64,000 bases of DNA from NCBI GenBank assembly GCA_951406725.2, contig OX597817.1, positions 140,616,001 through 140,680,000 on the forward strand, in the 5' to 3' direction. The stretch comes from Octopus vulgaris. Taxonomy: Eukaryota. Position 1 is the first letter of the stretch. Each line of letters begins with the position of its first letter. Shown here in pieces: positions 55,240 to 64,000 of the stretch. The translations under genes and the position numbers were made by a program. Below the pieces are notes generated by a model, which saw nothing but the letters and a program-made list of their open reading frames with translations, searched no databases and was not told where the DNA came from.

Positions 55240-55429
55240 TCATACATACATACATACATACATACATACATACATACATACATACATACATACAAACAAA
55301 AATACCCTGTTGTTGATGTTGAAATTCCAATGAAGAAACCTTGAATCTAGGTTAGAAACCGACTGTTTCTCTATTGGCAAGAAATCTTGAAATAAGACTG
55401 AACGATAACATACATACACATATAAAATT

Positions 55430-55780
55430 AAAACAGCCCCCAAGGTAAAATACAACTGTCAAATATTGTTGTTGGACCAGAAAGGAAAGAAATGTTCTGT
55501 TGTGGACATCAGCCTCATTCTGGACACTGATTTTGTTAGAGAAATACAAGAGAAAGAGGACATCTAAGGACTTTGCAAATCCAGTACCAAATATACACTT
55601 TTAGCTTCATACCTATTATTATTGGAACAACAGGATACATACCGACCGGTCTGGAGCAAAGTATGGCTGAACTTGGGGTTTTGGGGAGAGAACGCAAATC
55701 TTTAATTCATACACAAGAAATGACCACGATATTTGGGAATGAACAAAACAAGATGAATGCCTTCACAACTTTGCCACCAT
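55430..55780 (+). mobile_element. Decayed RLE-LINE 3' fragment
   Basis: KKCSVVDIS and FSFIPIIIGTTGYIP motifs. Confidence 0.55.
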
Positions 55781-55849
55781 AAAAGGTGACCGATTTAAAC
55801 GTGTCTAAATTAAAAAGTGAAAGAGAGCATATATACATACACACACACA

Positions 55850-56408
55850 TACATGGTGGCTTCCTCCTCATTATCGAGTATGGCCATTGCACGAAGCTTA
55901 ATCAATGTTGTTATCGTGCAATGCCTGTGCAAGAATATGTTTTTTAAGTGAGGAAAGGCTGTGCACTGAGTCAATCCCACTCACTAAGCAACAGCAGCCA
56001 TAATCCGAAAAGAAGGACAAGTCAACATCATCGGTAACCGCTGAGCCGCAGCTTTTATGTCGGAGTTATCCCAGTTACCTGAGTTACCTTCTCCTAGAAG
56101 GATGCCCTAACAAAGGCTAGGGGGTCCTTCACTCCCAATGGTTTAACCGCGCGGTCGGGTATTCAGTCCGATTATTTCTATGTCCCCGCGCATGATACAG
56201 CCTTAAGACATTTATTGGATGGCCATTGACTCTCAAGAGTTCCTCCGCTCTTTGACGGGTTTTGTTTTTCATCCCGCAGGGTATCCAATAAACACCCTCC
56301 TCACCAAGCAAGCTTGGTGGGGTTGCCGGTTTAGTCGCCGACGACCCGACCATGCAACAGGTTGTACTGGGTTACATGTTACCTGTAGCACTCGAAAGTG
56401 TCCTGACA
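55850..56408 (-). mobile_element. GC-richer structured insert, probably an RTE-type 5' UTR
   Basis: Several internal helices; CCTAGCCTTTGTTAGGGCATCCTTCTAGGAGAAGGTAACTC on the minus strand resembles RTE leader motifs (from memory). Confidence 0.4.
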
Positions 56409-56677
56409 GACATACATACATACATACATACATACATACATACATACAAACTGACAGATAGACAGACAGATAGATAGATAGATTAATTCATTGATTGATA
56501 ATATTAGATAGATAAGAGCTTCTCGTACTGCCCCTCATTGGACCATAGGCTATGTTGCTCGAAGGGAGCGTCAGTAAGGTTCACTCACCCCTGTCCACGA
56601 CATGATGGCGATTTATCTTATGGACGCTGTAAAGGGACTGAACTAAATCCAACAAGGCAGTTTGTCCAGCATGCTTG

Positions 56678-56710
<33 letters not shown>

Positions 56711-56929
56711 TACCCTCGCCCACCCCCACTAACATCACCACCATCACCACCGCCATTACTGGTGTTTTATTTATAATTAATACAAATCAATTTGTGGTTT
56801 CTATCCAGGTAATTGTTACAGTTGTGTTTACTGAAGTATATCGACCACCACCACCAACACATCACTGCTACTACCTCCACCACATCATTACCGCTACTAC
56901 TAACTCCACCACCCCCATCACCACATCAC

Positions 56930-57075
56930 CATTACTGCTACTACCTCCACCACCACCACATCACTACCACTACTACTATTACTACTACTACTCCTACTAC
57001 TACTCAACTACTACTACTACAACTACTACTACCACTACAACTACTACTACCACTACAACTACTACTGTTACTACA

Positions 57076-57113
<38 letters not shown>

Positions 57114-57462
57114 CACTACCACCACTACTACTACTACCACCACTACTACTACCACCACCACCACTACTACTACAACTACTACAACTACTACAATTACTAC
57201 CACTACCACCACTACTACCACTACCACCACTACTACTACTACCACCACTACTACTACCACCACCACCACCACTACTACTACTACCACCACTACTACTACC
57301 ACCACCACCACCACTACTACTACTACCACCACCACCACTACTACTACTACTACTACAACTACTACAACTACTACCACTACCACCACTACTACCACTACCA
57401 CCACTACTACTACTACCACCACTACTACTACCACCACCACCACCACTACCACGACCACCACC

Positions 57463-57509
<47 letters not shown>

Positions 57510-57521
57510 AACTACTACTAC
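56930..57521. repeat. (ACT)n/(ACC)n compound microsatellite
   Basis: Direct inspection; source of the poly-T/L/V ORFs. Confidence 0.95.
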
Positions 57522-57848
57522 GCTGGTTGTAATCACGATTATGTGTAATCAGTACAGCAGTTGTAATCGATGAAACAACATTAGAGACGATCGACTGGCC
57601 ACTGTTGTTGTTGTTGTTGTTCTGATAGTGTTGTCCTAACTAATGCATAAATGATGACAATGGCTCTGTTACCTGTTACACCTTTAATCAATGTAAAAAT
57701 AACAGACAAAAACATGTATGTTCGTATGCATGTACACACACACGCGCACGCACACACACAAACACGTATGCGTGTGTGTGTATATAAATAAGCATATATA
57801 CCTAAATATGTGTGCATACATGTGTATGTCACCTAGCACAGCTTCTAT

Positions 57849-58000
57849 ATGATGATGATGATGATAATGATGATGATGACGATGGCGACGATAACGATGA
57901 CGATGATGATGACGATGACGATGATGATAATGATGATGATGTTGACGAAGACGATGATGGTGATGATGATGATGATGATGTTGACGATGACGATGACGAC

Positions 58001-58043
<43 letters not shown>

Positions 58044-58167
58044 GCGATGAGGATGACGATGATGATGATGATGTTAACGATGATGATGACGATGATGACG
58101 ACGATGATGATGACGATGACGATGACGATGACGATGATGATGATGACGATGACAATGATGATGACAA

Positions 58168-58197
<30 letters not shown>
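57849..58197. repeat. (GAT)n/(GAC)n microsatellite
   Basis: Direct inspection; source of the poly-D/M/S ORFs. Confidence 0.95.
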
Positions 58198-58198
<1 letters not shown>

Positions 58199-59202
58199 TA
58201 AATGAACTCACTTCCCACGAAATGATGACTTACCAACCAGCCCGCCATTAACCCATTTCTGTACACTTTATTTATTATTAACTCACACATGCAATATTCT
58301 GACAAGATATTACAACTCACATTGTATTAACCTACAACTGTCAAAGACTTAACCCATTTCACATCGCATATACACTCACTTTGAACAAGATGTTAACCCA
58401 ATTCACAGAAAACATATAAATGACTTTCATGAGACAGTAACCCACCTCACACAATATATTATCCCATTTCTGTCAATAGATTAACCCATCTCAGATGAAC
58501 AGGTTTGATTAAATATCTTCTGGAAAATTTCGACCTCTTTAACTAATAACAAGAAGTGTCTTGGGAGGGGGGATGGATATTGCAGTGTGGTGGGGTGTTG
58601 GAGTGTGGGGTGGTCTAGTGCGGTGTGATGTGTTTTAGAATGATATGAAACTAAATTCAATCGACCAAACAACTTCAGTGAAGATGTTATCCAGACAATC
58701 AAAATGTTTACTCATCAATTTTGCTGCGATTTATTTAATAGCAACAACGACAACAGCAACAACGATTGCCAAGGTCATAGCAGCAAATACATCAGAATTG
58801 ACAACAGTAAGGACTGTAATATCAACAACAGTATACTAACAATAGCATTAGCAACAGTTGTGACATTGCATTGGCATGAAAAATAGCAACAGTAATAACT
58901 TCGATGACTGAATAGCAAGATCAGTAGTCACAGAAATATCAATGATGGTAGCAATAGCAAGAAGAATTGAAACAGCCATAGCAACATGTGGCAACAACAA
59001 CATCAATAGCATTAGCAAGGATGAGAGATACAACAATAAAAGGAGGAACAGTAATAACTCAGCAATTATAACAACAATAGCAACAGCATTTGTCATCGTA
59101 GCACCAACAAAAGTAGCAACATTAATAGCAACGATAGCATCGTCAATGATAACAACATTAACATCAGCGATAGCAACATCAACGATAGCAGCAACAGAAA
59201 GT

Positions 59203-59583
59203 GGAGGCGCAATGGCCCAGCGGTTAGGGCAGCGGACTCGCGGTTTCGATTCCCAGACCGGGCGTTGTGTGTGTTTATTGAGCGAAAATACCTAAAGCTC
59301 CACGAGGCGCCAGCAGGGGGCGGTGACGACCCCTGTTGTGCTCTTTCGCCCCAACTTTCTCTCACTCTTTCTTTCTGTTTCTTGTCCCCGACTTCCTACG
59401 CAACCGTTGAGCCTGGATGCGCATTCATCCATCGGTCGATGGTGTCGGGGGTTGACCTGCTTTCTCTTCAGCGGGTATTACGGATAGCAAAGGTCCACGT
59501 TTCGAACTTCTCCCACTACAGAGGCGCGATCTTGCGAGCTCTGGGACGAAGACCCCTTCGCTCAACAAACAAACAAACAAACA
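59203..59583 (+). mobile_element. SINE family C, second copy, (AAAC)n tail
   Basis: Homologous to 33855-34234; AGCAGCAACAGAA on both flanks. Confidence 0.88.
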
Positions 59584-60584
59584 AGCAGCAACAGAAGCAA
59601 TAACAACGACGATGAGCAAAACAGGGAACGAAGCTCTCCTTACTTGGTCTTTCCCCTCTTGTTATTGGCGATTATTTTTTGGTGTCGTATTGGTCATCGA
59701 TACCGGCAAACAGATCTGATTACGGTAAGCTTGAAGGCTGACACACTAGATCAATGTTCTATCGATTATATATCGATTTTTGTGGTCGTGTTTATTATTA
59801 CAGTGGAACACACTGTCTTTCTTCCCTTGATACCGATAGTAACATTAAGCCAGTTTAGTTTCTTGGCTAAATAACGGAGAACAACCTACCTAGAGATCAC
59901 ACGATAACTGAACAGAATCCACTGTTCAATAGGCACTGATCGATATCTTATTCCAGTTCCTTTCGATAAGCGATCCACGTGACGAAAACGACGACTTAAC
60001 GAAATAATATTGATTTCTGTAGAAAGACATGAAACCTGGAATTTGTAAGGACTCCCAGGAAAATATTAAAAAAACATGATTACGTTCATAGTTACCGTTT
60101 TTTTTTTTAATATATATTCTTCGCTTTTTTATTGAACGTGTATGTGTCTGCAGGCGTGTGTGTTTCTTTTCTTTCTTTGCCCAAGACATTAATCTTTGTA
60201 AATGAATTGTAATCGAGTCACGGACTCAACTCTCCAGGCACCTCTAAACTACTTTGTTTGCTACAACAACAATAACAACTATCATGAACATCGTTGTTGT
60301 TGTTATTGTTGTTATGGTTATGTTTCTTGTTGTTGCTGTTGTCCTTGTTCAATTTTATATCTTCCTTCCTCAAGGGTGGCAGATGAGAGGACGTTTCAAG
60401 GACAAATAGCAAAAATGATGGCGGAAGGAGTTTGCAAAATCGATGAGGAAAAAAGAAACAGGCCAAATACATAACAAACGAATTATCTCAATACGTGGGG
60501 CGGAATTAATATGAAGGGCCAACCAAGGAAGCCATCCAGGAATACTGTGACTATCGAGTGCATGTACACTCTCTCTCTCTCTCA

Positions 60585-60800
60585 TTTGTGTTGTCCGGCC
60601 CTCGTGATCAGGCTGTGAGTTCCCACGTTTCCTCGGCCCATCAAGGGCTCCTCCTTAACAACCCTCACCTTCTTCTTTAAGTAGAACTTGAAGAAACTAC
60701 CGAAGCGGAAGGCGTCTTTCAATTCTTTCCCTAAAATCTCTTTTGCTATGACCACCACACAGAGGAAGGCGACTGTATGATCCATACGACGGACTTAGCT
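60585..60800 (-). mobile_element. Probable L1/Tx1 3' tip
   Basis: AFLCVVVIAKE..FFKFYLKKKVRV resembles Tx1-like C-termini. Confidence 0.4.
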
Positions 60801-61860
60801 GACAACAGTTTTTCAAAATACTAACTTCCGCATCATCGTATTACAGAATTCTACGTTGTTGAGAATCGCGCCGTAACACGACATTCAATAACTTCAAACG
60901 TTTTTCTCATTAATTTCCATGTTGTATATTGAGATACAGTTTGTTTTCGAAAAGATCAGCTGTTGCCCCTGCATGTAGATCTTCGTGTTACGCTCCATTG
61001 ATGTGGTCCAGTGAAATGACAATGGCCAATACAGTCCAGCTCATTGATGACCCAATAATGCAGAGAACCAAACCCAATATCGCAAAGCATCCTATTTGGC
61101 GCGCTGACAATTCCCCTAACTCTTATTCTTAATTGGAACTTTATTTCTCGACTCTGACAGGATGAAATGCAAACTTGAACGCGGAAGGATTTGAATCTAG
61201 CGCATAGAGAACAACACGGTACATCTATCTGACAATCTAACGACTCTGTCAATTGACCAATCTCAGAATACACATACTTAAAAGGTACTAGATTATAAAG
61301 AGTTGCCTGTACTTCTAGTAAAGTTTATTTATTCAAAAGAAGCTGATAATTTGTTCGGTTGCTAGAGTCTCTTGCTATTTATGATCTTTCAGATCACAAA
61401 GAGTGAGGTGCAATTACTTCTTTCTCTATACTTAAAAGAATGTATGTGCTGATTGTATCGGATCTTAAAAGTATTTCTTGTAAACCCGCATAATTCTTCT
61501 CACTAACATCAGATGGTATTGAGTTTGCCGTATATACACAACCATAAAAAAGATAAGATCTTGTAGATAGACATTTCTTGACGTTTCTGCAAGTTCTGCA
61601 AGTTTGTGTAATGGTGACTATGCTTTATATCTTGATGTATGTCTCGGAAGTGATGCTGTCCAAATTGGCTCTCTTCCCATGCTAGCATATTCTAAAAGAT
61701 ACTCTTTGGATACAATTTTTGTAATGAAACCGCATTTACTAAGAAGCTGTTTTCTAAAAGATTTATTTGCTTCACCAAGTTTTATGTTAATATCGCCTTA
61801 CTCATGTGACTAACACGTTGTCCCTAAGGAGACCTTCGACAGAACGGTATTATATTTCCT

Positions 61861-62088
61861 GGAGAGCTGGCAGAATCGTTAGCACGCCGGGCGAAATGCT
61901 TAGCGGTATTTCGTCTGTCTTTACGTTCTGAGTTCAAATTCCGCCGAGGTCGACTTTGCCTTTCATCCTTTCGGGGTCGATTAAATAAGTACCAGTTACG
62001 CACTGGGGTCGATATAATCGACTTAATCCGTTTGTCTGTCCTTGTTCATCCTCTCTGTGTTTAGCCCCTTGTGGGTAGTAAAGAAATA
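61861..62088 (+). mobile_element. SINE family A monomer, tail type A, with TSD-like flanks
   Basis: Full head, core and tail; flanks GTATTATATTTC / GTATTCTATTTC. Confidence 0.9.
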
Positions 62089-62214
62089 CGTATTCTATTT
62101 CTTAAGATAAGAAACTAATAACATTAAGATGAAAAATCTACACACTTTCTTTTATATACATACTTTATATACATAAACATGTATTTACATATTTGTTTTG
62201 ATATATATATATAC

Positions 62215-62405
62215 ACGCCATGATAGATCGTTAGCCACTACACACATTTTTTTCTCCCCTTGTTTTTTCTGTGTCCCTTTCTGTAGAAGAGCGTAGGCTC
62301 GAAACGTGCGAGACTTTTTCTATTCCCGAGCGTTATACTAATACATCTGTTTGTTTTGTACACCACCTGTCTTCGTCTTTTGTTTTTTTTTTCGTAAACT
62401 CTCCC

Positions 62406-62406
<1 letters not shown>
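62215..62406 (+). mobile_element. pLTR-like repeat with minimal hammerhead-like motif (family copy 4), in (TA)n
   Basis: Reverse complement of 45346-45545. Confidence 0.75.
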
Positions 62407-62466
<60 letters not shown>

Positions 62467-62845
62467 CACACTCAACATTTTCGGTGATATTATTGAATGT
62501 ATACATCTACACCAACACACATACACACAGACATAGAAACATGTGTGTGAGTGCTTGTGTATCAGTGTGTGTGCGCATGTATGCGCGCACGCGCGTGTGT
62601 GGATTGCAATGGCTGCGTGGTTCGTTCCACACGAATGAGAGATCTTGAAGATATCACAACCAAGCGGAACATATATATACACCCGTTGCAGTCAGCAACT
62701 TACTAGAATATATGAATTAATCCACCAAATTGTGTGAAGATCTCGATGGAGTCCGTGATTTGATTTGTTCTCAACAAGCAATATATTGCAAATATATACA
62801 TATTCTTATTTCTTTAAACACACATACATGCACACACGCACACGC

Positions 62846-62914
<69 letters not shown>

Positions 62915-63051
62915 CGTATGTGTATTTGTGTATTTCAACATATATATTTGTGTGTGAGAGAGAAAGAGAGAGAGTCTGTTTGTACGTGTCTGTGTATATA
63001 CATATACATATATACATATACATATATACATACATTTACATACGTATACTC

Positions 63052-63439
63052 TCTCTTTTACTCTTTTACTTGTTTCAGTCATTTGACTGCGGCCATGCTG
63101 GAGCACCGCCTTTAGTCGAGCAAATTCTAAGCCTAGTACTTATTCTATCGGTCTCTTTTGCCGAACCGCTAAGTGACGGGGACGTAAACACACCAGCATC
63201 GGTTGTCAAGCAATGCTAGGGGGACAAACACAGACACACAAACACATACACACTTATATATATATATATACATATATACGACAGGCTTCTTTCAGTTTCC
63301 GTCTACCAAATCCACTCACAAGGCATTGGTCGGCCCGGGGCTATAGCAGAAGATACTTGCCCAAGATGCCACGCAGTGGGACTGAACCCGGAACCATGTG
63401 GCTGGTTAGCAAGCTACTTACCATACAGCCACTCCTGTG

Positions 63440-63441
<2 letters not shown>
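63052..63441 (-). mobile_element. SINE family B, near full length
   Basis: Homologous to 15808-16220. Confidence 0.9.
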
Positions 63442-63479
<38 letters not shown>

Positions 63480-63529
63480 TTGGTGAATTGAAGAAATGGA
63501 GCTGAACGAAGATTGAACAGAAATCGTTT

Positions 63530-63622
63530 TATTTCATTCTACACGTGTTTCGAAAGGCACAATTTACCAAAATCCGATTGAATAATGAGACCATATTGTG
63601 TCTTTCTCTTCAGGAAGAAATA
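63530..63622 (-). ncRNA. Type I hammerhead ribozyme motif (left arm)
   Basis: Reverse complement of 63857-63949; stem II has A-U where the right arm has G.U. Confidence 0.8.
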
Positions 63623-63856
63623 GGAAATCCGTTGGAAAAAACAAAAACAGAACAGAGGCGGAGCAAAACAAATCGAACTAGGCTCCTAAGAGCCCATGGC
63701 AAAACTGTTTATCAGTGTATGTTGAAGATTTTAAAATCTTCAACCACCGGTTCTCAACATACACTGATAAACAGTTTTGCCATGGGCTCTTAGGAGCCTA
63801 GTTCGATTTGTTTTGCTCCGCCTCTGTTCTGTTTTTGTTTTTTCCAACGGATTTCC

Positions 63857-63949
63857 TATTTCTTCCTGAAGAGAAAGACGCAATATGGTCTCATTATTCA
63901 ATCGGATTTTGGTAAATTGTGCCTTTCGAAACACGTGTAGAATGAAATA
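63857..63949 (+). ncRNA. Type I hammerhead ribozyme motif (right arm)
   Basis: Stem I TATTTC-TTC / GAA-T-GAAATA; core CTGAAGA; stem II GAAAGACGCAAT / ATTGTGCCTTTC; GAAAC-ACGT-GT-A with predicted cleavage after GUA at 63939. Confidence 0.82.
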
Positions 63950-64000
63950 AAACGATTTCTGTTCAATCTTCGTTCAGCTCCATTTCTTCAATTCACCAAT

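Larger units (their letters stand above)
63479..64000. repeat. Near-perfect inverted repeat (arms at least 247 bp, 28-nt spacer); inverted Penelope-like pLTR pair
   Basis: 63479-63725 is the reverse complement of 63754-64000 with one visible mismatch; may extend past the window end. Confidence 0.95.

Noticed and set aside
56662-58320. Long ORFs (303 aa poly-T, 239 aa poly-L/P, poly-D/M/S) suggesting mucin or acidic proteins
   Set aside because: Open in several frames and on both strands because they are trinucleotide microsatellites; no splice or homology support.
58245-58500. TTAACCCA motif recurring at 22/44-bp spacing, superficially CRISPR-like
   Set aside because: The repeat is too short and degenerate, spacers are related to each other, the context is eukaryotic and there are no cas genes; it is an old 22-bp minisatellite.
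63545-63934. Twin ORFs of 82 and 64 aa on opposite strands
   Set aside because: A by-product of the palindrome; GTG starts and no recognisable domain.

Overview
AT-rich eukaryotic genomic DNA, dominated by microsatellites and transposons. The SINE/LINE repertoire and repeat style suggest a coleoid cephalopod, probably Octopus (inference). Only one host coding exon is convincing: a 306-nt, phase-1/phase-1 exon (16467-16772, +) encoding the cyclic-nucleotide-binding domain of a CNG channel alpha-type subunit, so most of the window is probably intronic or flanking. The rest is R4/Dong-type RLE LINEs stacked in (AAT)n arrays, L1/Tx1, CR1-like and RTE LINE fragments, Penelope (GIY-YIG) fragments, a mariner fragment, non-autonomous Helitrons, MITEs and several tRNA-derived SINE families. 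Three things stand out. (1) At least five different families of type-I hammerhead-ribozyme-like motifs in Penelope-like terminal repeats, including a near-perfect 522-bp palindrome with an intact-looking hammerhead on each strand and a four-copy family with a fixed non-canonical CUGUNGA core. (2) A SINE that forms head-to-tail 184-bp multimers with a nucleotide-identical junction at three separate loci, suggesting a circular-RNA / rolling-circle intermediate. (3) Several inverted repeats able to form long dsRNA in a putative neural channel pre-mRNA. Family names come from motif recognition by eye; no database search or folding program was run. Most ORFs in the supplied track are microsatellite artefacts.
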